Made by a program: the position numbers and the translations under genes
Part shown: piece by piece, positions 1 to 10,094 of the stretch
Layout: each line of letters starts with the position of its first letter
Numbering within the stretch: the stretch's first letter is position 1
Notes under the pieces: model-generated
Seen by the model: only the letters and a program-made list of their open reading frames with translations
Database searches by the model: none
Told to the model about the DNA's origin: nothing
Assembly (NCBI GenBank): GCA_038213805.1
Contig: JBBQSO010000006.1
Span: forward strand, 32,001-96,000
Direction of reading: 5' to 3'
From: Planctomycetota bacterium
Lineage (GTDB): Bacteria > Planctomycetota > UBA11346
Length of the DNA: 64,000 bases

Positions 1-686
1 TTGGTGTTGTTGTCGCTGATGATCAGCACGAACGGCGAGGTCAGGCCCTTGCCGGCCAGACCGGGGATGGCGCTGAGCGATTCCTTGGCCTCACCCTCCA
101 TCATCGCGCCGTCGGAGATCACGCAGATCGCGGTGCGCGGCTTGTTGGCGAGGACGTCGGCCATGGCCAAGCCCTGCACCACCGGCAGGGTCGAGCCGAG
201 CGGACCGTTGGAGATCATCACGCCCTCGGGGAAGAGGTGCGACTCGCCGTGGCCGGTGAGCTTGCTCTTAATCGAACGGAAGCCCTTGAGATCCTGCACG
301 GTCACGCCGGCGTAGCCGTAGTTGGCCTTGAGCGCGTAGACGCCGTTCTCGGTGTGGCCTGCGTCGTTGCCGAAGTTGTAATGCTGGTGCCAGGGGGTCT
401 TCCTGAACATCACGCCGTGCACCGCCGACATCAGCTCGGCGAGGGCGGCCGGGCCACCCCAGTGGCAGGCGGCGCCGCCGACCACCGCGTTCATGTCCAT
501 CAGCGCGACCATCACGCGCGTCACAACCGGGTCGGCGACCTGCACGTCGGCGCCGTCCTTGCCCTTCACGGTGGCCGGGAAGCGCGGCGCGCCCGGGTTG
601 CCGGCGAGGGGATTGGGGAAGGTCAGGCCCTGACGGTGGCGCTGTTCGGGGGAGATGGCGGCTGCGGCGGCGAGATCGACGGCCAT
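1..686 (-). CDS. tkt: Transketolase, N-terminal TPP-binding part (runs off window start)
   Basis: Manual translation from ATG at 686: MAVDLAAA...GGAACHWGG...NDAGH...SKLTGHGE...SNGPLGS...ISDGAMMEGEAKE...ISDNN, which includes the TPP-binding (G/S)DG..EG...N motif. Not in the ORF track because it is truncated. Confidence 0.85.
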   Translation of the reverse strand, partial: MAVDLAAAAAISPEQRHRQGLTFPNPLAGNPGAPRFPATVKGKDGADVQVADPVVTRVMVALMDMNAVVGGAACHWGGPAALAELMSAVHGVMFRKTPWHQHYNFGNDAGHTENGVYALKANYGYAGVTVQDLKGFRSIKSKLTGHGESHLFPEGVMISNGPLGSTLPVVQGLAMADVLANKPRTAICVISDGAMMEGEAKESLSAIPGLAGKGLTSPFVLIISDNNT

Positions 687-928
687 GGGGCTGCTTTCCT
701 GGTCAGGAGCGGTGGTGCTGAATGGTGGTGATTTAGGGATAATACTGTCCGCAACGTGGATCCGGTGCAAGTGGAGCCTGTCCGGGGGCGTCAGACGCGC
801 CCCGCCAGGGGCCCCATGCCCGGCTTGCGCTGGCTCCCGCCCGTGGCAATCATCGCGTTCCCCCGGGTGGATCCCTGGCAGCGCACTCCGCTGCCAGCCT
901 CCCCCCCGCCCCGCGCCTGGAGCCAACG

Positions 929-1372
929 ATGGATCTTCGCACTCTCCGCCTGCCGATCTTCATCTTCCTGGTCGCCATCGCCGGCTGCGGCGAGAGCCGC
1001 ACCCAAGGCAATGGCGAGTTCGGCACGGTGGCCGGAGCCGATGGCAGGCCTGCGGCTGGTGCCGGTCCGGTGGCGGTCGGAGCCGCAGCTCCGACTCCGG
1101 CCGCAGGAGCAGCGAGCGCGGTTCCCGCCGCTGTCGACAAGCCCACGGCGATCAACACGCGCTGCCCGGTCACCGGCGAGACGCTCGGCGCCGACGCCGT
1201 GACGGTCACCGTGTCCACCGAGGTCATCCAGCCGCCGCGCACCTACGTGATCGCCTGTGCGAACGACGCCGCCGCCAAGAAGGTCAGCGCCGAGCCCAAC
1301 AAGTACATCCCCGCCGCGCTGCACAACGTCGCCGCGCGTCACGACGCGGATCCGATCGACAATCCGCGCTGA
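929..1372 (+). CDS. Lipoprotein with C-terminal YHS/TRASH-like domain
   Basis: Lipobox IAG-C after a hydrophobic stretch, Ala/Pro linker, then INTRCPVTGE...IAC...EPNKY. Confidence 0.6.
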   Translation: MDLRTLRLPIFIFLVAIAGCGESRTQGNGEFGTVAGADGRPAAGAGPVAVGAAAPTPAAGAASAVPAAVDKPTAINTRCPVTGETLGADAVTVTVSTEVIQPPRTYVIACANDAAAKKVSAEPNKYIPAALHNVAARHDADPIDNPR

Positions 1373-1387
1373 GCGGCGGATACTCTC

Positions 1388-1439
1388 GCGTGACGCGTGA
1401 CGCGTGACGCGTGACGCGTGACGCGTCACGCGTCACGCG
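1388..1439. repeat. Heptamer array (GCGTGAC)x5 then inverted (GCGTCAC)x2; perfect 32-bp palindrome at 1408-1439
   Basis: Read directly; lies between convergent genes. Confidence 0.95.
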
Positions 1440-1441
1440 CC

Positions 1442-2137
1442 TCAAGGCGCCGGGGCCTGTGCTTCTTCCGGCAACTCGACCACGCGCACGTCGTCAAACC
1501 ACGACACCCCCGGCGGCCAGTACGCGAACAGCATCACTTTCATCTCGGTGACCTTCGGCGTGTGCTTGGTCGGTGCGAAATCATGCGCGGTCACTGTCCA
1601 GCCCTGCGGGCTCGCGGTAACCTCGGCGACCGCCTCGTAGAGACGCCGCTTCTCGACGCCCTCGGGCCGGGTCAGCTCGCCATAGCCGCGCACCCAGACT
1701 TTGGCCCCGCCCGCGCCGTGGTAGGCGACCGACACGCGGTAACTGCGGCCTTTGGTGATGGGGAAGGCCTGCGAGTAAATGGACAGGCCGTAGGTCGCCG
1801 CGACCGGATCGGCAGTGGCGTTTGGAATGTTCCACGCCGTGATGCCGACTTTTTTCCACTGCTCCATCATGCCGATCTCGGAGACCGCCGTGTCCAGGCG
1901 CAGCGCCTTGCCATGTCCTGCGCCCGCCGGTGCCGGCGCATCTTCCCAACGCACACCCAGCCCATCCGGCCGTTCCCAACCGAGCGGACGGCGCGCATCC
2001 GCGGGATCCGCCTGGTCGAGGCCACCATTCACGACCAGGTTGGGCGCGTTCGCCGCCGGCTCTGCCGCCCCGACCGACGACTGCCAGACGAAGCAGCAGA
2101 CGACGAGCAGGAGGATTGGCAGCGAACGCATATCCAC
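1442..2137 (-). CDS. Secreted protein with CBM4/9-like (galactose-binding fold) domain
   Basis: Signal peptide; NLVVNGGLD...WFDDVRV termini typical of this fold. Confidence 0.6.
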   Translation of the reverse strand: MDMRSLPILLLVVCCFVWQSSVGAAEPAANAPNLVVNGGLDQADPADARRPLGWERPDGLGVRWEDAPAPAGAGHGKALRLDTAVSEIGMMEQWKKVGITAWNIPNATADPVAATYGLSIYSQAFPITKGRSYRVSVAYHGAGGAKVWVRGYGELTRPEGVEKRRLYEAVAEVTASPQGWTVTAHDFAPTKHTPKVTEMKVMLFAYWPPGVSWFDDVRVVELPEEAQAPAP

Positions 2138-2283
2138 ATCTACTCCAGTGGCCTGCCATCGTTGTTGGGGTCAGGGCCTGGACTCGCGTGATGGGGGCTA
2201 TCAGCGCCCAGTTTCGCTCCCTCCATCTCACCACGCCCAGGGCGATTCAGTGTCAACGGCGTGCGCAAGCCGCCAGTCGTCAT

Positions 2284-2363
2284 CCTCGCACCTCGCACCT
2301 CGCACCTCGCACCTCGCACCTCGCACCTCGCACCTCGCACCTCGCACCTCGCACCTCGCACCT
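2284..2363. repeat. Heptamer tandem repeat (CCTCGCA)x11
   Basis: Read directly; abuts the TAG stop of the GNAT gene. Confidence 0.97.
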
Positions 2364-2826
2364 AGGCTCTCGGGTCTCCCCCGATCGCCTGCCCATGGAA
2401 CGGCGTATCCCCCACCAACGCCTCCCCCGGCTTGAGGGTCCACGCCTGCGGATGGTGATGGAAGCCGATGCGCGGATAATAATCGACGGCGGCCGGCGCG
2501 GCGAGCAGCACCAGCATGGCGCGCGGTCCCAGGTCCGCGCGCGTCCGGCGGATCAGCTCGCAGCCGAGCCCCCGCCGCTGGTGGCTTTCGCGCACCGCCA
2601 GATCGGCGAGGTAGGCGACATAGCCGAAGTCGGTCAGGGTGCGCGCGATGCCGACCAGCAGGGTGCCATCCCACGCAGAGATCACCAGGTTCGCATGGCG
2701 CAGCATGCCGACGACGATGTCGCGATCGTCGAGCGGCCGGCGCGCACCCAGGCTGGTATCGCGGTAGAGGTCGATGACTTCGTCCACGTCGAGATCATTG
2801 CCGGTGCGGAAGGTGATGGGGGGCAT
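2362..2826 (-). CDS. GNAT family N-acetyltransferase
   Basis: LVGIARTLTDF...YLADLAV..SHQRRGLG (acetyl-CoA motif A), YYPRIGF; start taken at ATG 2826. Confidence 0.9.
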   Translation of the reverse strand: MPPITFRTGNDLDVDEVIDLYRDTSLGARRPLDDRDIVVGMLRHANLVISAWDGTLLVGIARTLTDFGYVAYLADLAVRESHQRRGLGCELIRRTRADLGPRAMLVLLAAPAAVDYYPRIGFHHHPQAWTLKPGEALVGDTPFHGQAIGGDPRA

Positions 2827-3025
2827 GGCGGGGAGGATACCGCATGGCGCCGGCTTGCGCATGTAGCGATTCGGCAGTCGTCCGGGGCGGTGCGGATCCA
2901 ATACAACGGCCCGTAGTCGCAGGAGTCGCTGCCATGCTTGACGGGAGTGGAACGGCGGTCCAATGGAGGGCGTGTCTAGCATCAATCCACCTTGTTTGCG
3001 GGATCATTCCCGCTGGAGCCTCCGC

Positions 3026-4267
3026 ATGCGCACCGCCCTCACCATCCCAGTGCGGACCGTCCTCCGCTCCATGACGTTGGCGCTCTGCGCCGTGCTCACG
3101 GGGTGCGGCTCTGGAGGCGGCGGCGGGGGTGCCGCGGCGGTTGGGGGCGGTGGCGGCGGTGGGGGCGGCGGAGGCGGTGGTGGTGGTGCGGGCGGCAGCG
3201 TTGGCACCCCGATCGGTATGACCACGCAATCGGTCACCGGGACCACCCCCGGCGCCGCTGTCGGAGACACCTACGTCTTCAACATCGTCGGCGCGTCGCC
3301 GGCCATCAGCAGGATCAGCCATCCCATCATAGCGCATGAGACGGTGGCGATCGATGGCGCGGGAAACGGCACCTTCATCGACAGCGATGGAAGCACCACT
3401 GCCGTCCATGTCAATCCAGGCAGCTTCGTCGTCAACAGCGCGGTGCGGAAATTCGATTCGACAACGGGCAACCTCACCAGCACCAATACCTTCAGCGATA
3501 CTCGCACGACCACTGCGTTCGTCGCGCCGCCCGGAGGCGTCTATGAGCTGACCGTGGCAACTGTCACTGTCGGTACTGGATTCGCCGTCGGCGAAAAGGC
3601 CTATGCCGTGGTGAATCCGCTCGGATTCGTCTCGATCTCCAGTGATACCGATGACACGCAGCCGATCGGCCTCATCCAGGACGGGACCACGTGGCGGGCA
3701 CAGGCCAGCTTCTTCAATGGGTTTTCGACCCACACGACCGCGGCCACCTTCTCGCTCGATTTCACGACCGGAACCTATCTCGAAAGGAACGGTTCCACCG
3801 TGACGAATGCGGTGACCCTGACGGTCGCGCCCAAGCCCATCCCGACCACGATCACCTCCGTGAAGACGTCGAATGACGATCTCCAGATCGCACCGGGAAA
3901 TACTGCCGGCCAGACGACCACGGCCTACATCCTCAGCCACTATCCCAAGAACACCACGGAGACCACCACCGTCGATGCCGCGCACGCCACCATAACCATC
4001 GGCGCGGAAACGTTCTTCATCGCATCGCTGGACATCGATCAGATCACTGGCGATATTTCCATCGGTGCCGAGCGCTTTTTCGAAGATACGTCGCTGCCGG
4101 CTGGCAACCAGCATGTCGTGGGCATTGTCGAGTTGTTCTGCACCTCTGCGGGCGCGATGTTTGATGGCGATGTTGCGTATGGGCTCGCTTTCGATCCGAC
4201 TCCGAATAACGATGGCGGGGCATCAAACAACGACACCTTCCTTGGCGGCATTCCGTTCGCGCCATGA
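3026..4267 (+). CDS. Hypothetical lipoprotein with poly-Gly linker and Thr-rich beta domain
   Basis: GGAG before ATG 3026; lipobox LTG-C followed by long Gly runs. Confidence 0.7.
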   Translation: MRTALTIPVRTVLRSMTLALCAVLTGCGSGGGGGGAAAVGGGGGGGGGGGGGGGAGGSVGTPIGMTTQSVTGTTPGAAVGDTYVFNIVGASPAISRISHPIIAHETVAIDGAGNGTFIDSDGSTTAVHVNPGSFVVNSAVRKFDSTTGNLTSTNTFSDTRTTTAFVAPPGGVYELTVATVTVGTGFAVGEKAYAVVNPLGFVSISSDTDDTQPIGLIQDGTTWRAQASFFNGFSTHTTAATFSLDFTTGTYLERNGSTVTNAVTLTVAPKPIPTTITSVKTSNDDLQIAPGNTAGQTTTAYILSHYPKNTTETTTVDAAHATITIGAETFFIASLDIDQITGDISIGAERFFEDTSLPAGNQHVVGIVELFCTSAGAMFDGDVAYGLAFDPTPNNDGGASNNDTFLGGIPFAP

Positions 4268-4857
4268 GGACGAGATCGATAACGATCATACTCGGCGGTA
4301 TCGTCGCTAGTGCGACGGTTGTGGCGCTGGCGATGGCCATGCCATCGCGGAGCTTGGTTACCGAAGGCAGGAGCCCGGTCCTGTCTTCGGCGCTGGCTGC
4401 TCAAGCCGACTCCGCCCCAGCCGTGTCGGCTTTGGCGAAAGCCGGCGCTGATGCGTCACGGATGTTCGGGGAGCTGTGCGTCGTGGGCCATAACGGCACG
4501 TCTGGTGCGCCCAACAACCCCACGGAATTCCCTGGCCATGCGCTGACGGTCGTGGCACAGCCGCCTGCATCTGCAGGTGGCTCTGCTACCGGACTCATGA
4601 CCAGGGACCGTCGTACGGGGATGGTGAATAGGCCTCCGATCATCAGTCCCGGCAGTCAGATGGTCGACGGCACTCCTGAGCCTGGTGCGGCGGCAATGAT
4701 TGCGGATGGACAGTCGATACCCTCTGCACAACCAGAGTCCGTACCGCCGCCCACCACCTGCGTGCCACCAGGGCGCCGAGTGCATGGTCGATCCCATTTT
4801 GGTAGTCTGCATATGCAGGCGGCTTTCCATCCGCCTCTGCCGAGAAGCCCGGGGTAA
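4264..4857 (+). CDS. Hypothetical membrane-anchored or secreted Pro/Ala-rich protein
   Basis: ATGA overlap with the upstream gene; N-terminal hydrophobic helix; 3' end uncertain. Confidence 0.5.
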   Translation: MRTRSITIILGGIVASATVVALAMAMPSRSLVTEGRSPVLSSALAAQADSAPAVSALAKAGADASRMFGELCVVGHNGTSGAPNNPTEFPGHALTVVAQPPASAGGSATGLMTRDRRTGMVNRPPIISPGSQMVDGTPEPGAAAMIADGQSIPSAQPESVPPPTTCVPPGRRVHGRSHFGSLHMQAAFHPPLPRSPG

Positions 4858-4940
4858 TGCGGTCCGGGCGCACCGGTTCGCATGGATGAGACGATGGTTC
4901 GTGCCGACTGCCGGTCGCTGGCGCTGGATGTGGGCCACCG

Positions 4941-6887
4941 TCATCTGGCGGTGGGTGGATCCAATCGGATGCGTCGCGCTTCCGCCAGCCGCCGCCACCC
5001 CACCGCCAGCGCCACGCCGAGCAGTCCGAACGCCGCCCAGATGCCCAGCCAGGCCTTGTTCGCGGGCATGACGTAAGGCAGCCCGCAGAGGCCGATGACG
5101 GCGAGCGGCAGCGCGGTTGCCCAGTCGCGTGCGCGCCAGGCGGCGGTGGCGAGCGCTGCGATCAGCGCGGGGATGGCAAGCCAGGGGAGGAGGGGGAGGG
5201 GTGATGGATCCCCGTGGGTGCGGTGGTCCAGGGCGCCGAGCAGCCCGGCCAGTGCGACCCACGCGGACAGGCGCGCGACGCGTCGCGACACCACGGACGG
5301 CAGGATGGCGACGCCCACCAGCACGGTCATGCCCACGACCAGCGCGACCAGCGCGGCTGGCCCCAGCTGGTGTTCGGTCAGCCAGTCGTGGACAGCGGGG
5401 ATGAGGGCGAGCGCCACCTCGAGGATGACTGCGGCCACCAGTGCCTGAGCCGGCCGGCGGCGCCAGGCGGCCCAGAGGATCGCGGCCACCGCCGCGGTCA
5501 CGGCCGCCGCGGCGGGGTGCATGCCAGGGCCATCGTGCGCATCCCAGATAAGCACCGCGGTCAGCAGCGCGGCGAGCGATCCGAGCGCCAGGCCGTTGCG
5601 GCGCCGGTGCAGCCAGAGTTCGGCGCCGCCGGCGGTGAGCAGCAGCAGGGTGGCCTCGGGCGAGACCGTCGCGCGCAGTGCGGCCTGGATGAGCCAGTCG
5701 CCGCTGTCACCGGTGGGGACGCGGATCGCTGCCGGGGTGGCGGCCAGGACCAGGGCGACCAGTCCCGCTCCCGGCAGGGCGAAGGCCAGACAGTCGCGCA
5801 GGGTGCCGGGCAGGCCCGGTCGCGCCGCCGCGCGCAGTTCGTTGCCGAGCACCAGCAGCAGGGCGGCGAGGGGGGCGAAGTCGCTCCAAGCCAGGTCAAG
5901 GCCGGCAGTGTAACCGAGCACGAACTGGTGCAGGCCGGCGGTGGCGAGCATGACCAGGGCCTGCACCCAGCGCATCGCCGGCCGCGCCAGGAAGCCGCGC
6001 TCTGCGGCGGTCCACGGCGTCGCCCCACGGGCCAGGGCGACGACCAGCAGCAGCGCCGCTGCGAGCACCAGCCACCAGCCGGGCAGCCATAGGATCATGG
6101 GCGCCAGGCCGCGATCGGGACCGGCCGCGCCGGTCGGGGTGAGGGAGGCGTTCAGGCCCATCGCGCCCGGCCACAGGAAGCTCCAGCCGGCGATCAGCAG
6201 GAGGGGGAGGCGGAGGGCATGGGGGGTGAGGGGTACGGGAACGGCCACGGCTTCGGCCCGACCAGTGGCCGGGGCCGCGCTGGTGGCGCGGTTCCAGATC
6301 CGCCAGGTGACCAGGCTCAGGCCCAGCCCGCCGGCCCCGAGCAGCAGGGTGACGTAGGGGCAGTCGGTGGCGACCAGGTCGAGGGTCAGGCCGGCGGCGA
6401 TGGTGAAGGCCGCACCGACCACGCTCGCAGCGATGCCGTCGGGATTGGCCGGCTGCCAGCGGCACATGGCCCAGACCACTCCGAGCAGGGCAGCGAGGTA
6501 GGTCGCGAGGATGCCGCTCACCGCCAGGCGGCCGGTGACCTGGCCGGGATCGCCGATGGTCGGCGCGAGCAGGCCCCAGGCGCCACCGAGCAGGCTGGCC
6601 GCACTGAGCAGAGTGATCAGGCTGGCCGCTTCCGGCCAAGCGATGAAGGCGCGCGTCTGCGCGCCGACGGTGCGGTCTTCGTCCTGGGGGCGGTGCTGTC
6701 GCTGGTGGGTGGCAGGGTGGGACCCTTGTGATCCGGTGCGGGTGGATGCTCCTCGGGCTGCGGATTCCGCCATCTCCGGAAACTGCTTAACAGATGTGGC
6801 TGGTCGCGGCTGGGATTCCTCCAGCCCGGGAAGTGGGGTCGAGGGCACGCCGTCGGCGCTGGCATCAGGTGCTGTTGGGTCATGCAT
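4941..6887 (-). CDS. Hypothetical polytopic membrane protein
   Basis: Many hydrophobic helices after a polar N-terminal tail; start taken at ATG 6887. Confidence 0.7.
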   Translation of the reverse strand: MHDPTAPDASADGVPSTPLPGLEESQPRPATSVKQFPEMAESAARGASTRTGSQGSHPATHQRQHRPQDEDRTVGAQTRAFIAWPEAASLITLLSAASLLGGAWGLLAPTIGDPGQVTGRLAVSGILATYLAALLGVVWAMCRWQPANPDGIAASVVGAAFTIAAGLTLDLVATDCPYVTLLLGAGGLGLSLVTWRIWNRATSAAPATGRAEAVAVPVPLTPHALRLPLLLIAGWSFLWPGAMGLNASLTPTGAAGPDRGLAPMILWLPGWWLVLAAALLLVVALARGATPWTAAERGFLARPAMRWVQALVMLATAGLHQFVLGYTAGLDLAWSDFAPLAALLLVLGNELRAAARPGLPGTLRDCLAFALPGAGLVALVLAATPAAIRVPTGDSGDWLIQAALRATVSPEATLLLLTAGGAELWLHRRRNGLALGSLAALLTAVLIWDAHDGPGMHPAAAAVTAAVAAILWAAWRRRPAQALVAAVILEVALALIPAVHDWLTEHQLGPAALVALVVGMTVLVGVAILPSVVSRRVARLSAWVALAGLLGALDHRTHGDPSPLPLLPWLAIPALIAALATAAWRARDWATALPLAVIGLCGLPYVMPANKAWLGIWAAFGLLGVALAVGWRRLAEARRIRLDPPTAR

Positions 6888-6959
6888 GGCGGCTCTCCCG
6901 GTGGTTCTGGAAGAAATTACCCTGCTGGCGCATGGCCCGGGCGGATCACCGCGTGCGCC

Positions 6960-6977
6960 ATTGCGCACGTCCGCAAT
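6960..6977. promoter_or_regulatory. Imperfect palindrome ATTGCG-c-ACGT-c-CGCAAT, candidate operator
   Basis: 18-bp dyad with one mismatched pair, between divergent membrane-protein and XRE regulator genes. Confidence 0.4.
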
Positions 6978-7068
6978 TTCTTGCGCGCAGATGCCGGAAA
7001 TGGGTGCAGGCGGCGCGGTCTTGGCGTACGGGATTGCGCGGTGGCGGTTCGTGGGCCATTCTCACTCC

Positions 7069-7989
7069 ATGGACAAGGGCGAGCATTTCGGCGATCTGTT
7101 TTCGTCCCTGGTGCGCCGGCGCGGGTTGACCATGGCGGCGTTCGCGGCCCTGGTCGAGGCCAGCCCGTCGAGCTTGAGCCGCATCCGCACCGGCAAGCAG
7201 GCGCCGGAGCCGGCGCACGCGGAACGCTGGGCGGCGACCCTGGGCCTGGAGGGCCCGGAGCGGCGCGAATTCCTGGCCTCGGCCCTGCTCGCGGCGACCC
7301 CCGCGCCGATCCGCGCGCGTCTGCACGAAGCCGAGACCCAGACCGCGGCGGCGCGCGATCAGGGCGCGCGCCTGGCCGAGGATTTCGGGCGTTACCGTTC
7401 GATGACCGGCTTCCACGACGGGTCGTGGCTGACCTACTCGCGCTCGTTCCTCAACGACGGCCTGGTGCAGCGCAGTCTGCTCAAGATCGACGGCGATCGC
7501 GCCGCCCTCGAGGTGCGTACTGCGGGTATGCTGCGGTACAGCTACCACGGCAGCTGCGAGGCCTTGGGCGACAAGCTCTTCCTACGTCTGGCAGAGGATC
7601 GCGGCGGCGTCGAATGGGTGCAGATCACCCTGCATTCCCTGTTCGATTGGAGCCGTCCGGCCTTCCTGTACGGACTGGTGTGCGGCATCTCCGGGAAGGA
7701 CGTGCAGCATGGTCTGAGCTGGCCGGCTGCGGCGCGCATGGTGCTGCTGCATGTGCCACAGCCGGTTGGCGAGCCAGCCATCAACGAACGGCGCCGTCAG
7801 TTGACCGACATCCTCGGCGCCTTTCCGGCGGGTCAGTTGCGTCACCTGTGGCCGGGTTTCCTGGGCGAGGACGATCATCTGCGCGCGGCCCTGCGCCTGG
7901 ACGATGGCGACCTTGACGCGACCCTGCTGCGCCTGACCGACAACGGCCTGGGCAACGATCACGTGCTGCGCGCGGTGCTGGGCGCCTAA
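7069..7989 (+). CDS. XRE/Cro-C1 family HTH regulator with uncharacterised C-terminal beta domain
   Basis: FGDLFSSLVRRRGLTMAAFAALVEASPSSLSRIRTGKQAP HTH signature. Confidence 0.8.
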   Translation: MDKGEHFGDLFSSLVRRRGLTMAAFAALVEASPSSLSRIRTGKQAPEPAHAERWAATLGLEGPERREFLASALLAATPAPIRARLHEAETQTAAARDQGARLAEDFGRYRSMTGFHDGSWLTYSRSFLNDGLVQRSLLKIDGDRAALEVRTAGMLRYSYHGSCEALGDKLFLRLAEDRGGVEWVQITLHSLFDWSRPAFLYGLVCGISGKDVQHGLSWPAAARMVLLHVPQPVGEPAINERRRQLTDILGAFPAGQLRHLWPGFLGEDDHLRAALRLDDGDLDATLLRLTDNGLGNDHVLRAVLGA

Positions 7990-8002
7990 GCGTCTGCGAA
8001 AA

Positions 8003-8037
8003 CGCGTAAACCCTGGCCAAAGGCCAGGGTTTACGCG
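8003..8037. terminator. Perfect 16-bp inverted repeat, likely bidirectional terminator
   Basis: CGCGTAAACCCTGGCC-AAA-GGCCAGGGTTTACGCG between convergent genes. Confidence 0.75.
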
Positions 8038-8058
8038 CGATTCGATGACTGCCGCGAG

Positions 8059-9720
<1,662 letters not shown>

Positions 9721-10094
9721 TCATGTCTGGGCGCGCGTCGTCAGGGCGCATGGACCATCCCGCACACGCGCGTGGCGGCGCGACGCGCGTCCTCGGCAGC
9801 GCGGTGCGGGCGCGCGCAGGCGGCTGCCGCGACGACGCATCGTCGATGGCCCCCTTGCGTGTTGAACGTGGCTAAGGGTATGGTTGCCGACTCCGCGATC
9901 CGACGCCGGAAGCGGAGCCACGTTCCGTCGCGTGCAGCCAGGCCGTCCTCCGGGAGGGCCAACCCTGTACGCGACCCGCTCTTTGGCCGCCCCAGGTGGA
10001 GATTCATCTCAAGTCGGGACGGCGCCGTGCCGTTCATGACTCGCTTCCTCTCCGCAGGGATTCCCTGCACCCGCATTTGCTCCGGAGCTTGTCC

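Noticed and set aside
1..731. Plus-strand ORFs 1..315 and 237..731
   Set aside because: Antisense shadows of the minus-strand transketolase.
2284..2363. CRISPR interpretation of the tandem arrays here and elsewhere
   Set aside because: Units are 7-8 bp with no spacers, and there are no cas genes.
9880..10080. c-di-GMP or other riboswitch before the adhesin
   Set aside because: Only a vague resemblance; consensus elements were not found by eye.
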